DNA of 64,000 nucleotides. Source: a virus. Its lineage: Duplodnaviria; Caudoviricetes. Location of the stretch: positions 125,545-189,544 of IMG/VR virus record IMGVR_UViG_3300044719_000048; one strand, given 5' to 3'. Positions 1 to 10,117 of the stretch are shown here, piece by piece (the first letter of the stretch is position 1; each line of letters starts with the position of its first letter). Below the pieces are notes generated by a model, which worked only from the letters and a program-made list of their open reading frames with translations, was not told the DNA's origin and ran no database searches. Made by a program: the position numbers and the translations under genes.

Positions 1-222
1 ATAGCAGCTTGGGGTTCTTGCAGATGCAGGCCACCATCCTCAACTCAGGCAGACCACGCAGGATGACCTGACAGTGAGCCTTCACTGCGCTAGTCAGGAG
101 CAGAGGGTGCCACGCCACTATATTCGGAGTGACTCGCGTGCCTTGTATCACATCACCACTACTTGTGAGGATCATGATCTTACCTGCCGGTGGATCGCTG
201 TCGATGCCTATGTAGTTCCAGT

Positions 223-435
223 TCATTTGTCACTCCTCTTCAACGCCTGAGCACGTTCCCACGTGATGCACAGCTGCACGGCGGCGAGAAGCATCAATAT
301 GAGAACACCCGGAGCACGATCATCGCCAGCCACGTAATAGGTCAGCTTGACTATCCCAAATACGATGCCAGCTAGGATTGCCATCATCAGCATTCCACCC
401 AGTTCGTAGACCAAAGCCTTGATAAAATACTTCAT
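223..435 (-). CDS. small membrane protein
   Basis: 70-aa ORF with two hydrophobic segments; 4-bp overlap with the upstream gene. Confidence 0.6.
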   Translation of the reverse strand: MKYFIKALVYELGGMLMMAILAGIVFGIVKLTYYVAGDDRAPGVLILMLLAAVQLCITWERAQALKRSDK

Positions 436-713
436 ACCACTCTCCTCAGCAGCTTTGCGTGAATGGTGGGCACCCGTACTGAGCGCACCAGCTTGAAACC
501 AAGTGCATCCAATGCGGCACCGTATTCGTCAGCACGGGTGAGCAGTTGAGCCTCATACATCACACCTACTGCACCGCTCGGATGAGCGTATAGCAGCAGA
601 CCGACGGACTGAATATTTCTGGCGATAGCCCGGTCTCTGCGTACAGAATTGCGCCAGCGATCTTCGACTGCAGTCAGGTCTTCGTTGCAGTGCAGATGGA
701 TTGGTAACTTCAT
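432..713 (-). CDS. hypothetical protein
   Basis: ORF coupled to both neighbours by 4-bp overlaps. Confidence 0.6.
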   Translation of the reverse strand: MKLPIHLHCNEDLTAVEDRWRNSVRRDRAIARNIQSVGLLLYAHPSGAVGVMYEAQLLTRADEYGAALDALGFKLVRSVRVPTIHAKLLRRVV

Positions 714-1273
714 GTGCCCTCCAGTTGAGGCAATGCGAACGGCAGACCAGTGGTCTTGATCTCAACGCCGAGCTCTTTGGTCATCTCCCGCGCCGTCTGA
801 ACGAGCTGCGCAGGGAACTCCAAAGTGGTTGCGCCGTCGAGCCAAGCATTGAAAGCCTTACTCATGCCAGCCATGATGGGCAGGATCTCCGCGCCAGTCA
901 GTACGATTTCTGGCAACGTTGGACCTGGGTAGGCCAATGTGTCCCACCACTCGTCCTCCACGACCCTTACACAATTATGAGCATAGCTGGCATGCCACAG
1001 CTCGAGAGGCCGGTCGAACAATGGCAGAAGATAGAGCTCAACCAACGCCATAAGGCAGAAGTCATCGAACGTTGTGGTCTGCTTTTCTGCGTAGGCACGA
1101 TCCTGCGTGGCCTCGAGCTCAGGCACTTCATACAGGTAGTCGTCGAGTAGATCACCATCGTTGAATCCGTTCTTGCACCAGAGATGATGCCCCACGAGAC
1201 GTATGGGGTAGTTAGGCAAGTCAGACCGCCTCATGAAGGGCTGAAAGTTCACGAGCCTCATATAGCACCCCAC
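710..1273 (-). CDS. hypothetical protein
   Basis: 187-aa ORF in the - strand gene run; the start may be 1261. Confidence 0.65.
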   Translation of the reverse strand: MGCYMRLVNFQPFMRRSDLPNYPIRLVGHHLWCKNGFNDGDLLDDYLYEVPELEATQDRAYAEKQTTTFDDFCLMALVELYLLPLFDRPLELWHASYAHNCVRVVEDEWWDTLAYPGPTLPEIVLTGAEILPIMAGMSKAFNAWLDGATTLEFPAQLVQTAREMTKELGVEIKTTGLPFALPQLEGT

Positions 1274-1656
1274 TCTGATAATTTTTCACCTGGTAGTCGA
1301 ATTACCGTAAGTGAGTCCTCATCATAACCCCCAAGCAGTGCACCCTGAGCCCGACTGTGACACATAACGTAGAGACCATCTCTACGAAGAGCGTCAGCGT
1401 TCTTGTCAACCTCTTCGAGTTTCTCCTGAGCCTTACGACTGAATGACAAACTGTAGAGTGGACTACCATCACAATCTCTACTATGGTGCACGACGAACAA
1501 GCGAAGACCTCGCGTAGGCTCTACGTCAAGGGGATCATCAGCGCTAATAATCTCAACCAGAGCGCCTATAGGTATTTTGTGAGCACGTTCAAGATTGTTC
1601 TGTCGTATAGTTTTGCCGTTTTCTTCGACAATATCACTAGCCATAATGATTTTCAT
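1258..1656 (-). CDS. hypothetical protein (AT-richer)
   Basis: ATG at 1656 preceded by a GGAGG SD; AGTAAATA motif upstream. Confidence 0.7.
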   Translation of the reverse strand: MKIIMASDIVEENGKTIRQNNLERAHKIPIGALVEIISADDPLDVEPTRGLRLFVVHHSRDCDGSPLYSLSFSRKAQEKLEEVDKNADALRRDGLYVMCHSRAQGALLGGYDEDSLTVIRLPGEKLSEWGAI

Positions 1657-1689
1657 ACTTCCTCCCGTTACTCTATTTACTTCCAAACG

Positions 1690-1726
1690 AAAAGAGGGAG
1701 CTACCAATGCGAACGGTAGCTCCCTC
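1690..1726 (-). terminator. intrinsic terminator
   Basis: GAGGGAGCTACC/GGTAGCTCCCTC 12-bp stem followed by TTTT on the - strand. Confidence 0.75.
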
Positions 1727-1730
1727 CTCG

Positions 1731-1928
1731 TTACAGCAAGTTGCTGAACCAACGAGATATGCGCTGCCACCACGTTGGTTTCTTCACGGTCTTCACTTGC
1801 TGGACTGTGCGCTCAGGACCATAGAGCGCAGCTCCTCGCGTGATGCGAACGTGATCGATTGCTCCACTTGAAGGAGCGTCAGTCACTGCTGTGTCGGAAC
1901 GGGAATCCGATGGTTGTACGAAGGTCAT
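1731..1928 (-). CDS. hypothetical protein
   Basis: ORF with an AGGAG SD that ends just before the terminator. Confidence 0.6.
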   Translation of the reverse strand: MTFVQPSDSRSDTAVTDAPSSGAIDHVRITRGAALYGPERTVQQVKTVKKPTWWQRISRWFSNLL

Positions 1929-1940
1929 CTACTTCTCCTA

Positions 1941-2435
1941 TCACAGGTTGTTGACCAACCACTGCAGACGTTGCAGTGAGGTCTTGATGTCGCCGAGATG
2001 ATGAACGGTGAAGCCTCCTGCTGTCTCCCACGCCGCGCAGTTGTCCTCTCGATCATCGATCAGAATGTCGCCGGGCTTGCAGTGGCGCCACTTGTCTTTC
2101 GAGTGCGGGCCGATCAGGACCTCAGGTGGCGAGCCCAGAAAGATCCTGTCCTTGTGATCCAACACCCAGTCCCGCTTGTTGCCCTCCGCAGAGGGCATAG
2201 AGGACTTGCGCGGGATAGCGGTCAGGATCTTACTAGGCAGTGCGTGATGACAGATGGCGGCCCACAGCTGCGCGGCATAAGGCGTGGGCTTCATCATCCT
2301 GAAGACGTTGGGAATCTCCTGGAGCTCGGCCCACATCGTGTCGTCATCCACCTGAGCCTTGGCAGAAAGGTGCTCGCGCTTGAAGCGGTCGAAGTCGACG
2401 AGAACTCCGTCCATGTCGCAGTAGATAGTAGTCAT
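1941..2435 (-). CDS. HAD-family 5'(3')-deoxyribonucleotidase-like protein
   Basis: Motif I IYCDMDGVLVDF, ILTA, K and ILIDD motifs. Confidence 0.85.
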   Translation of the reverse strand: MTTIYCDMDGVLVDFDRFKREHLSAKAQVDDDTMWAELQEIPNVFRMMKPTPYAAQLWAAICHHALPSKILTAIPRKSSMPSAEGNKRDWVLDHKDRIFLGSPPEVLIGPHSKDKWRHCKPGDILIDDREDNCAAWETAGGFTVHHLGDIKTSLQRLQWLVNNL

Positions 2436-2707
2436 TTGTTCACCATGAGGTTGATGGCTTCTTCGATCTCAGCCACTGATTGCTGGGTCTGTTTCAAGGT
2501 CGCGTGCATATCCTTGCCGCTCCACATGCAGAGGCGCCCGTGATTGGTGGTCAGGGCCTTGACCTTGCCGTCTTCGCACTGGACTATCCAGCCCTTGTTG
2601 TCGGCCTCCCAGCCGACGTGCATGATCGTCGCTTCGAGGAGGACCTTGACGATCTTGGTCTTGACGAGACCCTTGCGTAGCGCGGTGTCCTTCTGGAGTT
2701 GATTCAT
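2432..2707 (-). CDS. hypothetical protein
   Basis: ATG at 2707 overlaps the Nudix gene stop. Confidence 0.6.
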   Translation of the reverse strand: MNQLQKDTALRKGLVKTKIVKVLLEATIMHVGWEADNKGWIVQCEDGKVKALTTNHGRLCMWSGKDMHATLKQTQQSVAEIEEAINLMVNK

Positions 2708-3618
2708 CGTGGTCTCATTAAAAGGGTGTTGGCAATGGCATCTCGGTCGGATTGCCACATCTGAGCGGGCAGCATATCGACCTCGAACCACTTGAGATCG
2801 GAGAACTCGTGATGGGCAGTGATCTTTGGCTCTTCGCCTGCCACGTAGGCCGTGAAGTACAGCATGAGGTACTTGCGCGTCGGGTTCTCATTGTTGTAGG
2901 AGAACGAGACCGGGCGCAGACCCACGAGGTTGGAGACTCCGATTTCCTCTCGTGTCTCGCGTCGCACGCAATCCTCTGGCGACTCGTCGGAATTCTGTTT
3001 GCCTCCCGGCAGGACCCAGTGGTCGAAACCCTCTTCTTTCTTGCGCTTGCCAAGCAAGACCTGCGGCGTGCGTGACGAAGGGAACTGGGCTTTGAGTGCG
3101 ACGAGTGCACAGCCGATGAGATCGATGGCCGGCCCCTTCTCAGCAGGCGGCTCATGTAGGACTGGTCCCAGGTAGAGGGGCGTGAACCCCTTCAGACTCG
3201 GGTACAGCAGCTTACCTGGTCGCTGCCAGCACCAGCCTTTGTAGACCTCTATCTCAGGCGGGCAGTCAAGTTGCGGCGTAGTGTATAAGCCGCGCACACG
3301 AGCACTCTCCGTACCAACCTCCTTGGCATAGTTCTCTGGAGTCTGGTACACGTAGTCACCCGGACGCCACTCCAATCTGTAGCCCAAGAGGACAGACCTA
3401 GGTGGTTCAACGTCTTTCGTGATACTCGCAGTCACGAGCTCAGACACGCGCTGCTGGAAGTCAGTATCCTCCGCGGCAGTAATCAAGTCGGTGGCCGGAC
3501 CTGGCTCCGCGCTGAAAATCAGAGGCGCACGAGTGTCGCACTCACCTGTGCCTTTGCAGACATCGCAGTTGGGGTCAACCGTGTACCCGCAGCTAGTGCA
3601 GGCATCTTTTTTGTTCAT
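2704..3618 (-). CDS. Nudix hydrolase with N-terminal Zn-ribbon
   Basis: Nudix box LPGGKQNSDESPEDCVRRETREEIG; N-terminal CTSC...CDVCKGTG. Confidence 0.85.
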   Translation of the reverse strand: MNKKDACTSCGYTVDPNCDVCKGTGECDTRAPLIFSAEPGPATDLITAAEDTDFQQRVSELVTASITKDVEPPRSVLLGYRLEWRPGDYVYQTPENYAKEVGTESARVRGLYTTPQLDCPPEIEVYKGWCWQRPGKLLYPSLKGFTPLYLGPVLHEPPAEKGPAIDLIGCALVALKAQFPSSRTPQVLLGKRKKEEGFDHWVLPGGKQNSDESPEDCVRRETREEIGVSNLVGLRPVSFSYNNENPTRKYLMLYFTAYVAGEEPKITAHHEFSDLKWFEVDMLPAQMWQSDRDAIANTLLMRPR

Positions 3619-3974
3619 TTTCTTTTCCTTGCCGCTCTCGCGGCTTTAGCTTTCTTGCGGTTGAGGGGCTTGGACTTGCTGATTGGTACGGCATTGCCTA
3701 CACGAGAGCGATGTTCGTACTTGCGTAGTACGCCGGCCTTCCATTCAGCTATATCGAAGTCAATAGGATTTACAGTGAGTAAGGATTGCATTGTACACTC
3801 AAGGCTGGTCTTGCCGTTTTCGACGAATGTTTCTCAAGTTGCGTATGTGCTGTGCCCTATGATGCAAGATCAGCAGTAAGGCAAGGAGCAGGACGGCCAG
3901 GGCGATTACGACGAGCACTGACACACCCGCAACGAAGTCAGAAACGCGGTGAGCTGCCCAATACAAGTTGGCTT

Positions 3975-4520
3975 TCATTTTCCCTCCTGCGTTTTGTTCA
4001 AAGCCTCGAAGTACCGATCCTCTGCATGGGCCTTGGCGTCGTCTAGATCGCAGTAGCTCCGCACACCAACGACATCTTGCAACGGGTGCTCGTCGACTGT
4101 GAACCCGGGATCGTCTTTCCAGCCCTTCCACGTGATCAGGATTCGACCGAAAGGGGTTTCAGCAATCACGTGGTTGTACATGATCTCCGAGTTAGCCTTA
4201 GAGGGATTCGACCACTCCAAGGTTCGGCGCTTGGTCGGTTGAGGAGCCGAGGCCTCTGCGGACTTGCGTGCCTCCCGTTTGCGCGTGATCTCTTCCTGTG
4301 CGGCCTCTCGGTTGCCCTTCACGGCCTCCACGATTACGGTGGCGCTGACCTGGGTGAAGCGCGACTCCCACTCGGCTAAAGGGCGATGCCATGTACTGGG
4401 CTCGAACGGCCACACGTGCTCATAGACCACCCAAGTGGACTTATCGACTGTCGATGTCGAGAGCTCCTTGAGACGATAGAGACCACCATCGGTGTGTTGG
4501 AAGAACTGAACGCTACTCAT
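3975..4520 (-). CDS. DUF1653-like phage protein
   Basis: FQHTDGGLY...VVYE...WHRPLAEW pattern; GGAGG SD before ATG 4520. Confidence 0.6.
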   Translation of the reverse strand: MSSVQFFQHTDGGLYRLKELSTSTVDKSTWVVYEHVWPFEPSTWHRPLAEWESRFTQVSATVIVEAVKGNREAAQEEITRKREARKSAEASAPQPTKRRTLEWSNPSKANSEIMYNHVIAETPFGRILITWKGWKDDPGFTVDEHPLQDVVGVRSYCDLDDAKAHAEDRYFEALNKTQEGK

Positions 4521-4632
4521 CGCGTCCTCCCGTGCTGCCAAGCTGTGGCGGATCGCCATGCAGTGGTGAACTGACGCACAGTCTTCCCTTGGTTGCTCAA
4601 GGCTCGACTGAGTGCTTTGTGCAAATCAGGCA

Positions 4633-5790
4633 TCATTGCTGTTCTCCCCTAGTTACTTCGGTTGAGGTCCTTCGCTCTGCGTCGCCTACGTCGAACGACA
4701 GGGACGGCTTGCCGCCAAACCTGTTTTCCTTGAAACGCCACTTCCCGGCGTGACGCTCGATTGGCCACTCAACACCCTGATCGTTGAGAACTAGCAGATC
4801 GGTGGGTATTGGAGCGTTGTAGCCGCTGTGCTTGTCGAAGTCGTATCCGTCATCCATCATATCCGGCTTCTCAGCTCGTTCGCCTATCAGCCAGCGAACA
4901 CGGTCGGCCTCGTATCGCACGCGGTCAGGATATTCAGATCGGTCGATGGTTATGCCTTCGGTGAAGATGTCGAAGCCTTTTGAGCACTTGCGATACAGAA
5001 CTGCCGTAAAGTTCGATTTGCCGTTCGACTCCGGCATCGCACCGTACCAGACTGTCAAGGCAGGTTGCTGTTCACGACTTGCTCTGTCAGGTGCGTCGTC
5101 CTTCGACAGGAGCTTGCCACAATCCGCGCACTTCCAGCCTGTGTTGGTCACAACACCCACAGCAGTAGTGGTAGTCCTCTTGCGCTCGCACTCGGTCTTC
5201 GTCTCAGCAGCTATAGCTGCGCGAATGTCTTCCGCGAGTTCCGTCAGTGTGTCGTGATATTCTCGGCCAGCGTCCCCGTAGTGCCAGATGGTCGAACCGT
5301 CGTCCGGGTCTTCGCTCGTGTTCTCCTGCATGTACTGTTCGGCGCGCTTCTCGATGAACTTGATGGCGAAGTCGCTGGCTCTAATAGGAGCGGTGTACAG
5401 TTTCGTGCCGTCTGGAAGAGGCGGTTCCACAAGACACTGAAATCCTTGTTCATGGTTGACCCATTCTGCTACCGGCGCAGCATCACCCAAGGCGCGGTCG
5501 GCGGATTCAACTTGTGTGAGTGCGAGCTCGCGATACTTGGCGACTATCTCATGAAACACTGAGCTCACGTCTGCGTCGCGGTGGCTGTTAAGCCACTCCT
5601 GAAAGGCACGAACAACTGGCAGTTCTCCGTGGGCGGATTCATCTGTCTTCTCATGTGCCGCCTGGAACTCGAAGGACGAGTCATCCTTTCGGTGCTCAAA
5701 CTCGGCTTGCGAGATCGGCCTCCAGTCAGTCCAGCTCTCATCACCTGCGCAGTGTCTCCGTGCCAGCCACGGCAATTTGGTTTCGCTCAT
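4633..5790 (-). CDS. mosaic hypothetical phage protein
   Basis: 385-aa ORF with an AGGAGG SD; short modules such as LPDGTKLYTAP and WYGAMPESNGK resemble Ead/Ea22-type mosaics. Confidence 0.7.
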   Translation of the reverse strand: MSETKLPWLARRHCAGDESWTDWRPISQAEFEHRKDDSSFEFQAAHEKTDESAHGELPVVRAFQEWLNSHRDADVSSVFHEIVAKYRELALTQVESADRALGDAAPVAEWVNHEQGFQCLVEPPLPDGTKLYTAPIRASDFAIKFIEKRAEQYMQENTSEDPDDGSTIWHYGDAGREYHDTLTELAEDIRAAIAAETKTECERKRTTTTAVGVVTNTGWKCADCGKLLSKDDAPDRASREQQPALTVWYGAMPESNGKSNFTAVLYRKCSKGFDIFTEGITIDRSEYPDRVRYEADRVRWLIGERAEKPDMMDDGYDFDKHSGYNAPIPTDLLVLNDQGVEWPIERHAGKWRFKENRFGGKPSLSFDVGDAERRTSTEVTRGEQQ

Positions 5791-6128
5791 CGGTTGTTCC
5801 TCCTGGCCTTACGTGCGGCCCTCGTCTTCGCTCTGTTCTTCCACTTGCGGACCTTCGGCTTGTTGCCGGACCTGTCGCGCTGACGCCGCTCCATCACCAT
5901 ATCGTATGGACCTGATTGACAGGCCTCCTCGAAGTTGGTTACTGTAGTCGGAAGATCAGTGACCGCAGCGTTTGAGTAGACGACGCTCAGGTCTATAACT
6001 GAATCGGTGACGCTGCCTGCCGCCAAAGGCACATCTAGCCCTCGCATGACCTTCTTGGTCACATCAGAGAGACTCGGTACACCTACAGGATCGAGCTCCT
6101 GCAATTTCTGGAATTGTTCATCTTTCAT
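5787..6128 (-). CDS. hypothetical protein with basic C-terminus
   Basis: ATG at 6128 with GGGAG SD; Arg/Lys-rich tail. Confidence 0.6.
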   Translation of the reverse strand: MKDEQFQKLQELDPVGVPSLSDVTKKVMRGLDVPLAAGSVTDSVIDLSVVYSNAAVTDLPTTVTNFEEACQSGPYDMVMERRQRDRSGNKPKVRKWKNRAKTRAARKARRNNR

Positions 6129-6294
6129 TTCTGCACTCCCCTGTAGAGTTGTTTGTGCAGGACGTCCATGACTGCGTACGCACCTTTCGGCGTCGTGCCC
6201 CATCCGATGACGTAGTCCTTGACGCAGTACCACAGCTTGTGTGTCATGCACTTGCCGATCTTAGGCTTCTCGTTGGTTGGTACAGCAGTTGCGA

Positions 6295-6471
6295 TCATTC
6301 GTCGTCCTTTCGTTTAAAGGGAAATATCAGTTGGTAGGAGGTCACGAAGATGCCCCACATAGAAGTCAGATCGACAGGTAGGTGGTGCTTGAGTTGCTGT
6401 GCTTCCTGTTGGGTCCGTACCTGCTGTTCACGCTTGGCTCGGTATGCTGCAAGGTCAATAACGTTACTCAT
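6295..6471 (-). CDS. small hypothetical protein
   Basis: GGAGGA SD; MSNVIDLAAYR N-terminus; AGTAAATA upstream. Confidence 0.65.
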   Translation of the reverse strand: MSNVIDLAAYRAKREQQVRTQQEAQQLKHHLPVDLTSMWGIFVTSYQLIFPFKRKDDE

Positions 6472-6530
6472 CGTATCCTCCATTTGTCTTGTATTTACTG
6501 GTTGGGTGCAACAGGGCACGGAGTCATAAT

Positions 6531-6667
6531 TTCCGCGTACTAGTATGTTACGAGAGGGAGCAGTGGAGAAATTCCTGATTCGAGAAGCTAGGTCAGTCGT
6601 GAATACGTAATATACCTTTGTATATACATGTACTTATGAATTCTTGGAATCAACCTAGTACGCGGAA
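6531..6667. repeat. 13-bp perfect inverted repeat around an AT-rich core at the strand switch (candidate origin)
   Basis: TTCCGCGTACTAG (6531-6543) and CTAGTACGCGGAA (6655-6667). Confidence 0.7.
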
Positions 6668-6698
6668 CTTAGTAAATATTTGGCAGGAAAGGAGCACC

Positions 6699-9095
6699 AT
6701 GTTTACCACACAAATACCGCACACTTTGGACCCTTCAGAGGGTGAGGAAGACCGGGTAATCTACTACGTCAATGCACTGCCCGGCTCTGGCAAAACCTAC
6801 CAATTCGACCATCACCTGGCTTTACCTCACGTCAAGAACAGACACAACTCTTTGTTGGTCTACGCTGCACCTACTCTTGAACTCCTACAGGAGCGAGAGC
6901 GCTCACTGCTGGATCTAGGAGTGACGAGGAAGAACCTCATGGTCATATCGACCAAGGACTCGACTGTTCCTGTGGTGGAGCAGTTCCGTAATGCAGTGCT
7001 TGGCAAGAAGGGTCAACCCGGGAAGCCCAATGGGTCGATCATCCTGTGTACCCATGAATGCGTTGCCCGGATTCAGGAGACGATGAAGGGTCGTGAGCGC
7101 GTCGTCTTGGTCTACGATGAGGCGCGTGCTTGCCTGCAAGACAACTATGCTTTGCACCTGCCTGATGACGTGTACGCCTACTTGACCGAACCGCGAGAGC
7201 ACCTCACGGAAGGCGGAAAGAAAGTGAAGGTCCAGCTGATAGCGAAGTTGCCGGTCTCGGTTAGCTCATCGGAGAACGACAGCTCTAGCATTTACATTTG
7301 GAACTGGTCGAACTACCGGATACCGCTTCCGACGTTGGCTCAGCTGCAGGAGCATTTGCCCAAGACTACTCGACAGCGTGATCGAGCCCGCAACATCTTG
7401 GACTTTCTGACCAACATCCACTCCTCTGCGTTGGATGTCTACGTCTCCATCGAGCGGAAGAAGTCGGAAGCTGAGTACGTGGTGTCCAACGTCTTCAGCC
7501 CTTCGAGGATGTTCAAGGGCTTTGCGAAAGTTCTGATCCTCAGTGCATTCTTTGAGTCGTCGCAGATGTACCAGTTCCTGACCAAAAGCAATCAGATAGA
7601 CCGGGAACCTTTGGAACTGCGCAATATCACTGCCTCATACATCAACAAGAAGAGGATGGTCTCGTTGCTGGAGCGGATGCGCCATGTCTACCTGACTTAC
7701 ATCTATGATCTTGGTGGCAAGAAACGCACGCTGTCCAAATCGGAGATGCAGCAAGCCGTAGTTGTTCAACGTGCGCTGTCTCCTGCTCAGATAAGAGTGG
7801 TGAACGCCAAGTGGCACGAGCTGTACGAGAAGAAGCCAGAGAGCTATCGCACGATCTACGACTCGTATCTGGAGTACGAGCACCGAGGTGAACGTGCGTC
7901 AGACGCCGAGCGGTCGGCCGCATACGACCTCATGTCTAGGTTGGACGAGAAAGTGACTATCATAGGCGGTGTCATCCCTCACATGGTAGAGACCTCCATT
8001 CGACTACAGCAGGCGTTCATGAAACGCGCCAAGCTCAAGTTGGAAAGTCTTCCGGTGGGCATCAATCCACGATACAACTCGTACAAGGAAGGGGACTCGA
8101 AGATATGGGAAGATGAGAGGTTGGACGATTTCAACAAGCAGACAAAACGCTTCCGGGTCCCCAAAAATGGAAGTATCATCACCCGACTGCCCATCACTGC
8201 TCATGGACTGAACGCGTACCAGCGGTTGCATAGTTGTGCCTTCTTGGCTGCGATGAAGTACAGCAATCGAGAGCGAGATTTCTTGAAGCGCACTATCGAT
8301 GCGTACGAACCCGAGACGGATCGCACACTCGACTACGCTTTGCAGCTACTCTGGCGATGCAACGTGCGGTTGCCTTCCGAAGAGCCCGTGCTGTTGATCG
8401 TCACCGACCGCGCACTGGCTAAACAACTGCAAGCGCGGTTTCACAAGCTGGCCAAAGAATGGCTCGGGGAGTACTACGCCAAGAACGACGAGTTCGACTG
8501 GGACCAACCAGTGCTTCCCATAGTCAGTCCAAAGCGCCTGCTCAAAGACTATGAGCTGCCGACCATTTTGCGGTACACGTTCAACACCAAGGAGGCTCAA
8601 CGTCGAAGCAACGCAAATAGGAAAACGTCGGTTCGAGGCCAAGAGGCTGCGGCTTTACTCAAGGCCTATAGAGCAACTGAGGAAGGCAAGCGGTACTTCA
8701 ACTTGTCGAATCAAATTTCGTACGCCAAGAGGAATGGAAAGGAGTTTGCCGCACTTGAGGCCGAGCGCAAGACTCTCATGACTCTGGCTCAATGGAAGCT
8801 AACGGACGACGGCCGCGAGGCATTCCGCAAACTAACCAAACCCGAAGAGACGATACAGGAGAAGATCAGGCGTGTTTTGCACAGCATAGATATTTCCAAG
8901 ATCGGAGACCGCAACGAGCGACTGAAGATCGTGTCGGCCATCAAGAACGACATGCCTGAGTTGAAGAGGGACGTGAAGCGCTGGTATGAGCAAGTGGGCG
9001 ACAATTTCGAGCACAACTGGAAGACCGCAGAGGTCTATGGCAAGCGATACAATCTTGGCTGGGTCGTCGCTCAGGCCAAGAAGTATCCGAAGTAA
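6699..9095 (+). CDS. SF2-type helicase/ATPase (candidate origin-binding or replication protein)
   Basis: Walker A ALPGSGKT, motif Ia AAPT, CTHE, Walker B VYDEA, ILSA, GLN and QLLWR; AGGAG SD before ATG 6699. Confidence 0.75.
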   Translation: MFTTQIPHTLDPSEGEEDRVIYYVNALPGSGKTYQFDHHLALPHVKNRHNSLLVYAAPTLELLQERERSLLDLGVTRKNLMVISTKDSTVPVVEQFRNAVLGKKGQPGKPNGSIILCTHECVARIQETMKGRERVVLVYDEARACLQDNYALHLPDDVYAYLTEPREHLTEGGKKVKVQLIAKLPVSVSSSENDSSSIYIWNWSNYRIPLPTLAQLQEHLPKTTRQRDRARNILDFLTNIHSSALDVYVSIERKKSEAEYVVSNVFSPSRMFKGFAKVLILSAFFESSQMYQFLTKSNQIDREPLELRNITASYINKKRMVSLLERMRHVYLTYIYDLGGKKRTLSKSEMQQAVVVQRALSPAQIRVVNAKWHELYEKKPESYRTIYDSYLEYEHRGERASDAERSAAYDLMSRLDEKVTIIGGVIPHMVETSIRLQQAFMKRAKLKLESLPVGINPRYNSYKEGDSKIWEDERLDDFNKQTKRFRVPKNGSIITRLPITAHGLNAYQRLHSCAFLAAMKYSNRERDFLKRTIDAYEPETDRTLDYALQLLWRCNVRLPSEEPVLLIVTDRALAKQLQARFHKLAKEWLGEYYAKNDEFDWDQPVLPIVSPKRLLKDYELPTILRYTFNTKEAQRRSNANRKTSVRGQEAAALLKAYRATEEGKRYFNLSNQISYAKRNGKEFAALEAERKTLMTLAQWKLTDDGREAFRKLTKPEETIQEKIRRVLHSIDISKIGDRNERLKIVSAIKNDMPELKRDVKRWYEQVGDNFEHNWKTAEVYGKRYNLGWVVAQAKKYPK

Positions 9096-9116
9096 ATATT
9101 TGAAGAGGAGGAACTC

Positions 9117-9287
9117 ATGTACAAAGACCACGACACTGCATTGAAGCACGCGCAGCTCCAAGCCAAGCGCCGAGCAAAACTGGAAGCCAAAGCAAAGGCC
9201 TTCGATGCCATCAAGGCCCTCGTCGAAGGCGAAGACTATGATGGCGTGCTGGCCCGTATTCGAGAAATCGTTCAGGAGGTCAAATGA
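9117..9287 (+). CDS. small hypothetical protein (56 aa, not in ORF track)
   Basis: GAGGAGG SD; ATGA overlap with the next gene. Confidence 0.65.
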   Translation: MYKDHDTALKHAQLQAKRRAKLEAKAKAFDAIKALVEGEDYDGVLARIREIVQEVK

Positions 9288-9493
9288 AGATCATCAAGCC
9301 CGGCGTGCTCCCGGGAACCACAGAGCTCAAAGGTGAGTGCGGCCACTGCAAGGCCGTTGTTCAGTTCGCGATCTCCGAAGCCCGGTGCCACACGCACCGC
9401 AACGAGACACACTACTCGGTGAAGTGCCCTACTTCTAAGTGCCCGGAAGCCATATCGGTCGAAGACCTCCCACAGAACAGGGTGCAGCAATGA
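9284..9493 (+). CDS. small Zn-ribbon protein
   Basis: CGHC...CPTSKC; GGAGG SD. Confidence 0.65.
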   Translation: MKIIKPGVLPGTTELKGECGHCKAVVQFAISEARCHTHRNETHYSVKCPTSKCPEAISVEDLPQNRVQQ

Positions 9494-10071
9494 CCGAAAC
9501 AGAAATCCAAGCCAATGGTTTCAAGCAACTGGCGAACCTGACTGCACGAGGTGTGCCGCGAATCCAGCTCGTAGAAGCCGTCAACAGGACGCTGACAGAG
9601 TTGGCCGACCATCATTCGCAGCTGTTCGACATTCGGAACGAGCTGGCGCGCACTCGGTTGGTTCGACTGCCTCGCGCGCAATTCGTGTATTGGCCTCACA
9701 AGCAGCACCCACAAATGGTCAATGGTACCTCCGTGACCTATCTGCAAGAGCAGTATGCAGTCTACACTGTGGCGAAGGACGCGGCCTTTGAGTGGATGTC
9801 CAACAACGAGTATGAGCTGTGGCACACCGAGACCGCAGAGGCCAAAGTGTTCTGGCGCGACTGGGTGGTCACTGAGATTGCTGACCAGCAACTGCAGTTC
9901 GCCTGCACCTACTGCGTGGCTTACATCCATGAAGGCAGGGTCTACGCAGACAATAAGATCACGCTCACAGAAGCCTACCGACGTTCCCCTTCGTGGGGAC
10001 CAACTACGGTTCATGAAGACCCGGCGTCCGTATTTAGCAAACCATGGTTGACGCTGGAGGTGACGCGATGA
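9490..10071 (+). CDS. hypothetical protein
   Basis: ATGA-coupled ORF. Confidence 0.65.
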   Translation: MTETEIQANGFKQLANLTARGVPRIQLVEAVNRTLTELADHHSQLFDIRNELARTRLVRLPRAQFVYWPHKQHPQMVNGTSVTYLQEQYAVYTVAKDAAFEWMSNNEYELWHTETAEAKVFWRDWVVTEIADQQLQFACTYCVAYIHEGRVYADNKITLTEAYRRSPSWGPTTVHEDPASVFSKPWLTLEVTR

Positions 10072-10117
10072 TCGTGCTCACTGAGGTCTACCGACGTTCA
10101 ACTTCACGGAGATCAGA

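Noticed and set aside
1258-1690. AT-richer patch (also about 10400-11040) as a mobile element
   Set aside because: No terminal repeats or transposase were seen. At most these are recently acquired genes.
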